DNA from: Ptychomitrium polyphyllum
Lineage: Eukaryota
Assembly: GCA_973851085.1 (NCBI GenBank)
Contig: OZ316776.1
Coordinates: 13,330,001 to 13,394,000 of the forward strand
Length of the DNA stretch: 64,000 nucleotides
Direction of reading: 5' to 3'
Shown here: in pieces, positions 51,261-64,000 of the stretch
Layout of the letters: the number at the start of each line of letters is the position of its first letter
Numbering within the stretch: the first letter of the stretch is position 1
The notes under the pieces: generated by a model
Told to the model about the DNA's origin: nothing
The model's input: only the letters and a program-made list of their open reading frames with translations
Databases searched by the model: none
Position numbers and translations under genes: made by a program

Positions 51261-52602
51261 GCCGGCTTGTGAGCAGGCTTGATTTGAACGTTGAAACTAC
51301 GAACCCTGGTGAAATTTCAGGAATTAATTCTTTAGTTTGGCAGTGTAAGCTCGAACAGATTAGCCAATGCAGCTGCTAATTTTTGACCCAGAATTGACAC
51401 TGCGGATGACAATGCACGAACAATAAGACGCACGAAGTCAGGGTGATTACATTGTTCATGTGAATTGTGTATAGATAGACACAACAAGCGAGAGAGCGAG
51501 AGAATGAGTGGGTACCTTTGATTATTAACACGGTGAATCCCTTTTGAACTGGGATCTGCAACCTATACGATTATTGGTGTAGCCTCACGAATAGAAAATT
51601 TTCTTTGGCAACGAATCTATTGTTAGGCGTACAGGCAGGAGCACAGCTAGTAGTATGTTCATAAGCGAGTGAAGATGGCTGTTTGTAGTGGTCTAGAAGG
51701 CGGTCTCAAGTAGCCAACGCGGAGGATCTCATGTGCTTCAGATCCCGGCCTTGGCCAATGTCGTTGCTGTTGGCATGGGTACTGAGGGAGGGGAGGCCAG
51801 GGGAAGGCAGGGCACGACAGAGGCTTATCCATGCTCCTGGCACATTATCTCTTTCACAGTAGTGTAACTCCTAGTAAAGAGGCACTTCATGTACATGTGT
51901 GGCAATATCCTGTACGTTTCTATTGCATTCTTACTGAATTACTTCAATGACAAGCTTTGCTGCTGCCTACTCTCTCCGCCCTTACTCTACTACTGTATCA
52001 GGTCGCAGCAGCTCCACCTCTTCTCCTATCCAGTCAACATGCTGAGAGCAACACTACTGTCAAATTTCAATTTCCGGAGTGGCAGTCTTGAATGGAGATG
52101 GAAGTCGCAGTTCTGTTTTCCCAAGTTGTCATGCTGGTGGGCACTGGGTACAGTAGTAGCTCTGCGGTATTCCTTTCAATAGGGATTTCTTTCTAAACTA
52201 GAGAATCATGATAATTTGAATTTCTGCTAGTGAAAGTAAATACTTTGAGTAACGTTCTAGTGATATGTTCTATGGAATGAATATTTCTTAATCTGATTAC
52301 AACTTCTCATGTTCCACTGTAAAATTCACATTGTAAGTAAGAGCAGTCTACTACCTTGTAAAACACTTTGTTGTTTTGATTAATCATTTTGGTTTTCATG
52401 GTATGAGATTATATATTTGTTCATAAACGATTTCAACACTCAATGATTTTGAAATCCAGTGAAAGAATCAATTCTTTCTTTTCTTTTTTTCAAAATCAAT
52501 GAATTTTTCATCATGATTTGAATGATGCCATATTGTCAATAAAGGAGATTTGTGTTAAGTTTTAAAAAATAATTAATTGAATTTATTCAAAAAATGATCG
52601 CA

Positions 52603-52708
52603 AAGGTGGCTATATTCTACGAAATTCTCACTTGCCTAATCATAATGATGATAAATAAGGTGGTTATATACTACAAAATTCTCACTTGCCTAATCATAAT
52701 GATGATAA
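52603..52708. repeat. ~54-bp tandem duplication
   Basis: AAGGTGG.TATA..CTAC.AAATTCTCACTTGCCTAATCATAATGATGATAA occurs twice. Confidence 0.85.
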
Positions 52709-54028
52709 TTTTTTTTATATAGACAAGTTTAACTCTATTCAGTGTGAGTAAAGTTTCCAATTCAAAGGACATGCATTTGCCTTGATAGAAAGTTGGCAAT
52801 GTTGGCTAATTTTATGTTTTTAAGTTCTTTTTGTTAAAGTAAAATAACAAATACACATAATCTTAGAAAGAAAATTACATATAAAATTCTAGATTTGAAG
52901 GATTTAAAACATTTCAATAAAAGTAAAATATATTAAGAAAGTATACATTTGAATCTAATAGAACTTGTTTTGGTTAAGAAACATTAGTCTTCTTTATGAT
53001 TATATTTAGAAGGTAATTTAAATTTTAAAGTTAATGTTGAAATATATAATATATAATCATGCAAATATAATCAACTTAAGTTAGTAAATAAAGCCTTGCA
53101 TTAAATGTTTACACATTAAATACTCAACAAAAGATAACATCATTTTAATCTTCTTATGAAAGTGGAAGTCCAAGCCACCATATGCATAATACCATGTTAA
53201 AAAAATTATATCCTTAATTCACTATTATGTATAAATAAGAGCTAATACAAATAAATGTTAATTTATCCACACACATTGTTTTCATCTTATCAAATTTGTT
53301 GACATTACCAGATATGTTCACATATTTTTGACATTTGGTTTGAGCAGAAAGCAATCATCAGAACCATGTCCAATTCCCTTTCGACCTCAGGTCACTCTGA
53401 AATTATGAACATACGAGATTGGGAATCTTTAGGCTTGACCCCTTTACTCCAGGTAGGCTGGCAAGCTTGTTAAAGTTACGAAGAGCTATGCTTTTGTGAT
53501 TCAGTAGTGAGGTGAACTGAAACTTGTAATCTAGTAATGGACTGGAAATCAAAGCGTCAATCAATTACATGACATTTCAAGTGATCGATCTTGAAGCAAC
53601 GTGGTCACTGCCCTCCTAGGCTTTTTTCTGTTTCTCGTGAATAGAGAATTACAATGCGAACCCTCTGCAGTTTTATGAGAATAAGTAATCAAACAGGATT
53701 CGGTGTGACATGCTCGGAAATTTCAGAAGCCATTCCGAACAAAACTTGTAAATGGCGACAGTCGAGATATGATAATATCATCTTCAAGACTTTGAAGCTC
53801 AAAAACAGTTCCCTGTAAGATTGCAAAATACATAACATAGATGCCATATTACTAGCTGCCAGAGAGTATAGTAGTCATCAAAACTCATTGTAAGAGATAA
53901 CATCTTCACAGATCCCAAGAAATATCCTTTTTAATATCATTACTCCTCATAACGGCCTTCAAGAAAAATACTCTTCAAAAGTCCGATCGACACATGCCAA
54001 GTCGAGGTAATAGCTAAACAGACTAGCT

Positions 54029-55571
54029 CTAGGCCTCAGGCTTGGCAATAGAGGCACGGGAAGCACGCTTCTTTGCCAAACTCTCACTACGGTGCTCGCG
54101 CTGTTCCTTAATACGCAGAGCCAAGAGTTTCTGGTACTCTGCTGCTTCAGTCTTAGCTTTAACAACCCTCTGCTTCTTGATTGCCACTCTGCGACGCTTC
54201 CTCTGCAAAGTCAAAGGAGTCACAAGCCTCTGGATCTTGGGTGCCTTGCTCCTCTTCTTACCTGACGAGATCAACAATCAGAAATTAATAATTAAGTACT
54301 GAGGACTTTTCCTGAAGATAACATGCATGTCATGCAAAAGTACGAAAATACATCAGTTCTCTATCTCCGACGTAGCAAGTTTACCTGTGGCTGACACGAA
54401 GCTGCGGCGGTAGGTGTTGACGTACTTCCTCACATCATCCTCCTTGGTGAGGTTGAAAAGCTTGCGAATTTTGGTGGCTCGCTTGGGACCCCTCATCCTT
54501 GGCTTCTCAATATCCGTAAGTCCAGGGAGTTCATTTTCACCTGCAAATTATAGATATTCATTTAGTAACCGTGCTACCGGAATTTGTAGAGAACAACTGA
54601 AATTCACTTAGAAACAAACGCAAAACCATCAACATAAAACCTCAACATGTAAACATGAAACCTTAACATGAATGCATGTACGAGAATCCAGGAATAAAGC
54701 ATCGTCTTGAACCAACATATCGCAGAACATGACAACATCTGTGATAAAACGATTAAGACCCTGCTTTGCGACAACCGTAGTCTACGTGATGTCCAGTGAA
54801 ATCGAGTAGAGCTACCTTGCTTGACGATAACGAGGTTCAGTACAGAGAGGTCAGGGCTGACAATGCATCCCCTGACAGACTTGCGTCTGCGCTCTCCGTC
54901 GCGCCTCCCGTGTCCTCTGAAACAAGAGACTCCTGACAAAACATGGTAATCGCATCAGAAAGCACACCATGCAACACCTACCTCACACCACGGTTAACAG
55001 TATCGAGCTTCCCAGCCCCGCCTACAAATCGAACCTATTATTGAACGAGATACTTAAACTAAAAAGACCCTAAGAATAAGAACAAAGCTTCACCTCGATG
55101 CATCAGCAGCTGGACACGGCCTTGAGTAAGGACTCCCTGCTTCATGGGGAAACCCTGCTTGTCGCAACCTCCCATGATCTTGAAGACATATCCCTTGAAC
55201 TCATCTCCAAGGTGGTCACCGCTGACCTCCTGGGCCAATCTCTTGTCGTAGAATTGACGACTGAACCATAGAGAGAATCAACCAAGACGACCAAAGTATG
55301 AGTAGGGCACTTCATTATGTCGCTAGGAATCAGAATAACACGAACACATGAGAAAAAGAAAGAAAATTATGAAACGACGGAGAAAACTATCCCAGATGAA
55401 ACAGAACCCGAACGGAGAAACCCTAAAAAAGCAGAAACTCTAGGAGGGAAGGGGCAGTAATTGAAAAGAACGGGGTTTGGTAAGAAGAGAAGACGCTCAC
55501 AGCTTGGCGTCGTCGTCGATCTCGACCTTCTTCTGGCACCCCGTAGTGGGGTTCGCAATGTTGAGCTTCAT
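54029..55571 (-). CDS. RPS6: 40S ribosomal protein S6 (eS6); exons 55571-55501, 55260-55094, 54932-54816, 54540-54385, 54261-54029
   Basis: [63 protein letters not shown] and [12 protein letters not shown]-terminal RASRAS phosphorylation-type serines; GT-AG introns in phase. Confidence 0.97.
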
Positions 55572-55682
55572 GGCGCCGGCGCTGTGCTGCGCTGCGGAGT
55601 AAAGAGGTGCGAGCAAGGAAGCGCAAGGCGAAAGGAGCACCGCAGCCAGCTCCCCCGCCCCTTTACACCCCCCCACTCCCAA

Positions 55683-55691
55683 TTAGGGTTT
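55683..55691. promoter_or_regulatory. Telo-box upstream of RPS6 (a second copy at 55418-55426 in intron 1)
   Basis: TTAGGGTTT / AAACCCTAA exact motif at the 5' end of a ribosomal protein gene. Confidence 0.65.
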
Positions 55692-56499
55692 TCTGTTCCC
55701 GCCCGTCCCCCGCGCTTCGTTCGTTCGCCAGGGTCCGTTCGTTCATTCATTCGTTCGCGAGCGAGCGAGCGCACTCGCTCTCGCTCGATCTCAACTCCCA
55801 ATCCGCTTCCCAAGCTCCCTCCGCCCGCCCTGAATCTCCTTAAATCTAAGGAAAATAACGAACATTAGAAAGTTTCATCCCAAAATCATCGCTCTTCAGA
55901 ACGAACGAATCGACATCGTTGAACGCCTCGCAATGAGGGCCCCTGTCCGATCGTTTCCAACCATTATCTGTCCACCCATAACGACTTCATCCATCTTCCT
56001 GTCGCACAACCAAAACCAACCCGGGAAGCAAAAGGCGCGACCCCATCTCGGAACTGTTAAGATTGCACGAGCCAAACGAAGACCGTCCGATGATGGTGTC
56101 AGTTTCAGGTGCGGTGGCAGATGTAGAAGGAAATCCTGAAAACATAGTTTGATGATCGCTTAGTGATCTCATGCTTGAAATGGCGTGGTGGCCAATTCCA
56201 CGGTATGAACTGCACCTAAAACCGTATATACTACCAGAAGCGTAGATTTAGACTGCAGTATGTATACGCCCTTAGTAGATACTGGTGGTTCTGGAGCAGT
56301 GACGGAGAGGGGGGCATCCCCTATCCGAAATCGAAGCGCTGGTGCTGTTTAGGAGAGCTGCACTGCGGATTGCGTTTCTTACAGTGTGCAGAGTTTTCGC
56401 AGGGTGTTTTTCGTTTGGTCACTTTGTGTTGCGGTTTTCGATCAATTGCAGCAGCTTTTGGTTGATTGCAAGAGTTGAGTTTTCCTGCAGACGGCTGCG

Positions 56500-59400
56500 A
56501 TGGTTGCGTCATTAGCAGCAGTCACAGCGTCTCTGTCATCGAGGACCGCAGTCACGTCCGTGGCGGCGACTTCCTTCAGGAGCGGCCAGAATGTAATCAC
56601 TCTGCCGATGCCTGCCCTGCGTGCCCGACGGTTCTCTACTCTAGGTACTGTCTGCCTGGCGCTTCGGTGTTTATTATATTTATTGCTATGACGACTAAGT
56701 TTTTTGGATTTGAATTTAGCTCGTAATGGTGTTCTGGAAAGGAGTCAGTAATGGGGGTTCTGGAATTGGTGACGTAGAATTCGGGTGCCTTGTTGTTGAG
56801 GGTTGAGGTTCCTCGTTGCTGTTGTTTGTTCGTTTTTTCGGTGCATTGGTTGTTTCTTACTGTTTTTTAGCTTGAGGTTTTGATTTCTGGGGCATGTGTT
56901 TTGATATATATTCTGATGTGCGAATTTATATGTTTCGTGTAGTCGTAGTTTCTCTTGGAAAATTCTGAGCATGGGGTTTTGCTTGTATTGCTAATCAGAA
57001 TTTTGGTGTACCCTTAGAACCTGTAGAGTTCTAGGGGTTCCAGTAGAGCGACGTAATAGAATTGGATGTGAATTATCATACCTTCATTTGACGATGAAAG
57101 TACGTTAATTAAGCGAACCACTAAGCTACCTTCTCATTGCTTGCACTTTGGCAAGTTTTTCGACTGCCCACTCGGAAGGTTATCACCGTCTGTGCAATGT
57201 TCGTTGCAATGCGCTTTCTGGATGGATTCCGGAAATATTTACTTAAAAACCTATATGTGCGTCAAAACAGGCTCAATTGTGGGTGCATGGAGGTGATTGT
57301 TTAGCTTGGTTTTAATTATGGGGCTATGTCGTGCGCTACACTATAACAGTCGATTAATTGGATAGCTGGAAGTTAGAAAAAATTGTCTTGCCCTTCTTCA
57401 ATAACTATCATCTGACTTTGGTTCTTTTAATGCAGAGATCTGTGCCATTAGTAGCAACGATTCCAAGAACGGACCCAACATTGTGCTTGACGCCCCAGCT
57501 GCAACAGAGTTGTCTCTTGAAAGTGCACGGAAGGATGTGCTTGGTGCTTTATCTCAAATTATTGACCCTGATTTTGGCACGGACATTGTTTCATGTGGAT
57601 TTGTCAAGGAATTGTCCATTGAGGAAGGCACTGGCCAGGTACTCTCATCTTTCTTCCTTTCACCTGCTCTGTAACTATGCTTTTTCGAAGTTTCTGGCTT
57701 ATGATCTTTGAGTTCTGCTTCCTATTGAAGTTTTTAGGACTGAGATTGATGTTCCTCTGTTTTTTTTCAGGTATCATTTCAGCTAGAGCTTACGACGCCC
57801 GCTTGCCCAGTGAAGGATATGGTATGTACTTCACCTAAAAGACAAGTTCATTCTTACGCATTTGTACAGCCCATTCATTGAGCAGTAAGTTAGCTTCATA
57901 CTGTCTGTTCTGCACCGTCATGGAAGACATATATCCCTTTTTTTGACGAGTTTGTTTGAAACAGTTCGAGCAACAAGCCAAGGAGAAAGTATCAGCAATT
58001 CCATGGGTTAAGGGTGTCAACGTAAAAATGACTGCACAACCTGCCAAGCCGCTCATTGCAGATGATGTTCCTGCTGGTTTGAAGAAGGTCTCCAACATTG
58101 TTGCAGTATCAAGTTGCAAGGTAACTGAACAAGCCTTCTGCTCAATTTTCTTGGATTGAAAACCATAACATATTTGATTCATTTCTAACTCTTAAACTAT
58201 TGAAATGTAATGCGGCTTGTTATATATGAAAATATTTGTGTGATGGAGTATTGTCTTAAAATGGTGATTTGACATTGTCTTTTTCTAGGGTGGAGTTGGG
58301 AAGTCCACAGTGGCAGTGAATCTTGCGTATTCTCTGGCACAAATGGGTGCAAGGGTTGGTATTTTCGATGCCGATGTTTATGGACCCAGCCTTCCAACCA
58401 TGGTGTCGCCTGAGGTCCGGGTGTTGCAGATGGTGAGTAAATGACATAAAATCTACAGCAGTCGTTAGGTGTTGATTTTAGAACTGTTTAATTTCATTTT
58501 CACTGTTTGAGTACTTAAGACTACAGTTTTAGCTTTTAAAAACTTTCTCTTATCAGTAAATCATGGCTTGCACTTTCAGAATCCTGAGACAAGGGCAATT
58601 ATACCAACAGAGTATCTGGGAGTGAAGCTAGTCTCATTTGGCTATGCCGGGCAAGGCAGCGCCATCATGAGGGGTCCAATGGTCTCTGGGGTTATTAATC
58701 AATTCCTCACTACCACGGACTGGTAGAATGACTAACCATTAATTTTTATATCTAAGTTACTTTCTTATATTACCAACTGCCTTTCTTTTATAGTTCGACT
58801 CTAGAAATTCAAGTCCTCTTCTGCAGTTTAGAAAGTTGAGGAAAAATAAATTGGTGCAGGGGCGAGTTGGATTACTTGGTGATTGACATGCCACCTGGTA
58901 CAGGAGATATCCAGCTAACTTTATGCCAGGTTGTTATCTTTCAACTAGTAGGCAAGAAATTCATTCGGAAATAATTACCGGTAGTGGAGTAAAGGTGTAC
59001 AGGAATGGTAGTTTTGTTTGTTTAGTTTGCATATGTTATCGTTGGGATTTGGTCAGCATTTGACTTGAGCTTTTCAATCGAATCTTCTCTGTTTATGCCT
59101 TACATCGAACTTTTCTGTTGTCTGTTTTTGTGACTCAGGTGGTGCCCTTGACAGCAGCTGTCATAGTTACGACGCCCCAGAAGCTGGCATTTATTGATGT
59201 GGCCAAGGGAGTTCGCATGTTCTCAAAACTGAAGGTCTTCTCTCATTTCTGTCATTCAAACTACACAACATTTCAACCCTTACTAAAACAGTGCTCCAAA
59301 GCTGGGAAAGAAGGGTCTCATTGTCTTTGAATAATTACATGATGTCTTATTCCTGCAGGTTCCGTGCGTTGCTGTAGTGGAGAATATGTGTTTCTTTGAA

Positions 59401-60880
59401 GGTGACGATAAGCGCTACTATCCATTCGGACAAGGTTCTGGTGCTCAGGTAATTCTCCACTGACATTCCAAGCTTCGTCAACCATATAGTTTCATGCATA
59501 AATTTCTAAATTAACTAGAACTATAGGATTATTTCTTAAATTTGATAGATGTGCAACGATGCTACCGTGGGCTGATAATATCCGGTTCACCGTTTGTTCA
59601 GGTAGTGCAGCAATTTGGCATCCCACATCTCTTCGAGCTTCCCATCAGACCGGAAGTAAGTTCTTCCTGTTGGAATTTTCTCTTGTTACATGTAATCCTT
59701 GCAATTCACTACGTAACTTTCTCCATGTTTCGTAACTTTTGGTTTAGGGGGTTAGCAATTAGTAGGGGACTTAGTGTCGACTATAACATATTAGTGTGTT
59801 TCTTGCTGACCTTTGCAGCTCTCAGCAGCTGGAGATACTGGGAACCCAGAAGTGGTGGTGGATCCACAAGGCCAAGTTGCATATATCTTCTCAAACATAG
59901 GTGTCTGTGTAGTACAGCAGTGTGCCAAGCTTCGTCAACAAGGTCAAGAATCATCTCTTATTCTGTTGCCGTGCTTAGCTATGCCGGGTAAACCTGTCCA
60001 GTTCTTGGTTTTATATTTGTTACAAAAGCCCCAGAATGATTTTCAAACGTAAATAGGGATTTTTAACAAGTGTTTCAAATTTGAAATTAGTTTGGAAACT
60101 GACGTGTATTTTACCTGCAGTGTCAACAGCAGTGATGTACGATAAATCCATAAACACAATTCGGGTTAAGGTTCCTGGAACAACAGAGGAATTTTTGCTG
60201 CACCCTGCAACTGTTCGTCGAAATGATCGGTCTGCCAAAAGCATTGTATGTTTTCTTTACATTAGCCCTTTGGTGTTTTGATGCTAGAGACCATTCTGAG
60301 AAGTACTTCTGGAGTTTTAGAACAAGTCATCGTTGTAATATGATCTGATAAGGATGGTGAACATTATTCAGGGCTTGGAATAGATCGAATGTGGTTTTCT
60401 TATGCTCATGCTATACTATTATTGAAATCTGGAGCTTTCTTTTTCCGGACACAGGACGAGTGGTCAGGTGAACAAAAGTTACGATATACTGATATTGCTG
60501 AAAATATAGAGCCAGAGAGCATTAGACCAATGGGCAACTATGCTGTTGCCATTAACTGGCCGGATGGTTTCAGCCAGGTGAGTATCAACCAGAAAGTTTG
60601 ATTTCAAGAGTTATTAAATAAAGTCAACTTTTGTTGTTTGCGACATCGTCAATCCATTAAATTTAAATCACTCACGAAAACCTGATGTTACTGGTGATGT
60701 TACATCTTGCAGATTGCACCATATGATCAATTAGCGTCACTGGAGCGGCTGGTTGATGTACCTGAACCTGTTCCTGTGCCTGAAAACATTGTTGCAAGTA
60801 CTGACTCTACTGTAGATAGGCCTCTGAAAGACGCTGGTGCAGCAGCTATTCTCAATCATGCCAAGAAATTGCGAACTTGA
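56500..60880 (+). CDS. HCF101: Chloroplast Fe-S cluster assembly factor HCF101 (Mrp/NBP35 P-loop ATPase with N-terminal DUF59 and C-terminal DUF971 domains), multi-exon
   Basis: Ser/Ala/Thr-rich transit peptide; [110 protein letters not shown] introns in phase. Confidence 0.95.
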
Positions 60881-63800
60881 TTTGTTTTAATAAACTGAGT
60901 TGTAACATAAAATTATTTAGTTCACTTTCAAACATTTTAAACGACCTGGAAACGTAGTTCCCTTTTTGACAGGAAATTCACAGTGCTTAGTTTAAGTGCT
61001 CCCAAGTTTATCTTAAAAATTATACTATATGTTGAAACGTGTACTTTTTATAAACTATTGATTGAAACAGAGATAACAACTTAACAGCGCCATAAATTTG
61101 TGTACCATTGCCATGCATGTGTGTACTCATTGGTGGTGTTGGACCTATTTTGTGGACCTTCTTTGTACCTCTAGAAATCTATATTCTCAACCAAATCAAG
61201 TGTTGGAGATTAAAAACATGAGATATAGAGGTCAAAGGATGAAAATTAGTGCACAAGTGGTTTCATTCATAGTTTACTGCATCACTTCCTAGAATCGATT
61301 GTATTTTATAGTTAAATGCGTTGTATTATATACTAATATACTAGTTGCACCTTCACAGATTCAAATTTTTAATCCAAGATGTTCAACATGAAACACAAAA
61401 TTAAAGGACCAAACTCAAGGCGGAACTTAAATTTCAATTTAAAAGGATCAACTTTGATTAAAGGAAAAGTAGAAAGATGATAGAGTAAAGTGGGAATTAA
61501 ATGTAACTTTAAATAAAGATAGGAAGGAAAGAAAGAGCTTCAAAATGAAACACTTGTTGGATGTGGTGAGAAATAAAATAAGTTCAAATTATTTGGATAT
61601 GGAAAATCAAGTTGAAGCTTGAATTTAAATGGATTGTTGAACAATTTGCTATTGATGGAGTTGAGAAGATTTACTTACAAGTTTCCCTAAGTTTTATCTT
61701 TGTATTATCATGCCAATTCCAATTTGGTGAAAGCTTCTCGGATTTGGAGAGATAGAATTGAATTACTGGAAGCCATGAAGAAAGATGAATTATTTTGTGT
61801 TCAAGAGAGGGACTAAGGAGTTTGTTGCAAAGTTTTCACCAAAGCTTGTGGTAGGGGAGGAAGGAAGCTGGTTGACAAAGGAACTTCGTTGTATGCTGCA
61901 ACACATGATGATTTTTTATCGATTTTGTAAAGCTGGCCTAAAGATTTTCATTGAAGTGCTCTTAACATTGGCAAAGAGTCGTGTTAACAATTCAACTCAT
62001 GTACTGTTCACAGTTGGATATCTTGATCCACCTGATCAATTCTCATCTTGGAAAGGTTGACATCCAGTTGAATTGAATCATTTCAAAAGAATTACAATGT
62101 TGTAGCTCTATATTTGATACTTTCAGCTCGTAAGCAAGAGTATATTGAGTGTTCTGTTGCATATATTTTGGGCGTTCTACAGCGCCGTTTTGAATCCGGA
62201 GAGTTGAGTGAGGATCTCATCGAGAATGTATATAAGACACATTTCTTTATCGAGTTCGATAATGCAATGACTTCTGAGTTCGAAGGTGATGAACATGTGT
62301 AGATGTTGTTTTAGCTGGAATTGGTATGACTAATTGTGAAGGTAATTGGAGGGTTAGGTGCAAAAGTCACTACACTCTTCATGGTATTCTGAAATGACTT
62401 AAGTAGGTATCCTATTTGTGAAGTACCTGATAATATCCATGTTTGTCTCATATTATTCAACAACAAGTACATTCATGACATCTCAAGTTTCTCTTGAAGT
62501 GGTTAAGCAACAGGCAAGCAAATTTTCTTTGGCATGCAAGGTTGCAAGAAGCATACTTATGTGGACAATTATGCTGGCATAATATGTGTTCAAAATCGAA
62601 AGCAGTATTGTTGGATTTGAATGCCACAATTTAGAATTTTTTTTTTTTAATTAAACACATCCATATTGTCATCTTTAATAAATAAATGTATGGATTGAAC
62701 TTTGGAGGGAGAGGAAGTTGCAATTCATTATTTGATAATGAATGATAAAATTATGGCTTAGCATGTTCTTCTATAGCATTAGGAGATTAGACAAATCTTA
62801 TTTTCTCCAAATAATATTTGATATTATAAGAAGTATCAATGTGTAAATGCAGATGGATTTTTGTTTGTAAGAAAAGCAATGATTTCATATACAATGCAAT
62901 TAGGAATGAATGGAGCATAAATAATTTAGCAACTTTTTTAGCTTGGAAAATAATTGTAGCTTAGTACAATGACTATTTTGAAGATGCAGAGGTAATAGTA
63001 GGTAGACTAGTCATGGCATAGTTGTATACTGAATCAACTTTGTTCATATCTTTTGCATCCAAAGCTCAAATCACTTGAGATTTATAACATTGAAAAGTTT
63101 ACTTAGTCTCCCAATTTTAAACAGTCACATATATTTCAAGAAAATTTGACTTTCCATACTTAATTTCACTCCAAAATACAGTTAACAGCATATGTTGGGC
63201 ATAATAAAATTAATATGAATATTATCCCTTCATCCTTGTTTTTGATTTAGTGACATACGAAAATTAGTGTAGGTGACACAATTTCCTAATCCTAAACCGA
63301 AATATGGCCACCTAAATCAGAATATAGTGCAGAAGAGATATATCTTCATTTTGCTCAAGCCTTGGGCATGTGTGTGGAAACTGTAGTTAATCTGGGAATT
63401 ATTTGCCTAACAGGTCAAGAGACCTCGTCCTACGTTTCTGTTTGTCAACGTTACGTCATGGGCGATAGCTAACTTGAGCACCGTCGTCCAAATTGCATTT
63501 GGAATGTAAATTGGAGTCTAGTTACAAAAATGAGCAGAGAAGGGTGATATCTTCAAGTCCAGAATTTTAAATACAACTGCAGCATCTCCATAACATGCCA
63601 TAGGGATATTGTCAAAAATAGAAACGATTGAGGATTATTTCAAACGTTTCCCCCATCCATCCCTGTTAGAAAACGATTTAGTCGGCATCATAACTTCCGG
63701 CACTCATATGGACAGGACTCACTCCTAAACATGGCTGTGATTCCAATCAGGAGATTTAACTGGGTCACACACTAATGCTTTTATACCAAAAACCGTTTCA

Positions 63801-64000
63801 GTTCAGATGCTCATAAATAAATGAAACAAATATTCCGCTTGTAGTAACAAGCCTCGCTTGCAAATAGCAAGGTCCACATTGTTTGAATAAGGTGAAGCAC
63901 ACAAAAGTACCACAAAAGGCTTTGAATGATGTGGTCCAGTAAATGATTGAACTGAAATTATAACTAAACAACTATTAGCCAGGCTCAGCTGAGCCAGCGT

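Noticed and set aside
49756..51379. Alternative-frame and antisense ORFs over the GT47 gene
   Set aside because: Shadow ORFs of a GC-rich CDS.
51795..51814. Partial miR408-complementary site downstream of GT47
   Set aside because: A gap at the cleavage position plus a 5'-region mismatch; over 500 bp past the stop codon; not a copper-protein target.
63300..64000. Possible exon fragments at the window end
   Set aside because: No consistent reading frame or recognisable motif could be assembled.

Overview
Eukaryotic nuclear DNA from a land plant, most likely a moss; the gene set, intron style and Gypsy/chromovirus LTR debris suggest Physcomitrium, but this is inference. Gene islands alternate with AT-rich transposon-derived blocks. 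Seven protein-coding genes are well supported: a Ski2/Mtr4-family RNA helicase with a HEN2-type C-terminus (+), an aldo-keto reductase with a repetitive acidic N-terminus (+), TIM17 (+), RPL13/eL13 (-), a GT47 xyloglucan glycosyltransferase (+), RPS6/eS6 (-) and HCF101 (+). An eighth gene is an intronless GH16 glycoside hydrolase of microbial rather than XTH type (+). Nested, decayed chromovirus-type LTR retrotransposons occupy about 23.0-30.0 kb and 41.0-43.5 kb. The most notable observations are (1) the bacterial-looking GH16, a horizontal-transfer candidate; (2) a ~1.36 kb apparently identical inverted duplication whose endpoints lie inside older, diverged LTR homology; (3) a 14-aa tandem repeat extension on the aldo-keto reductase; and (4) a possible extra ORF between pol and the polypurine tract of the chromovirus. 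No tRNA, rRNA or CRISPR array was recognised. All calls are by eye; no database searches were run.
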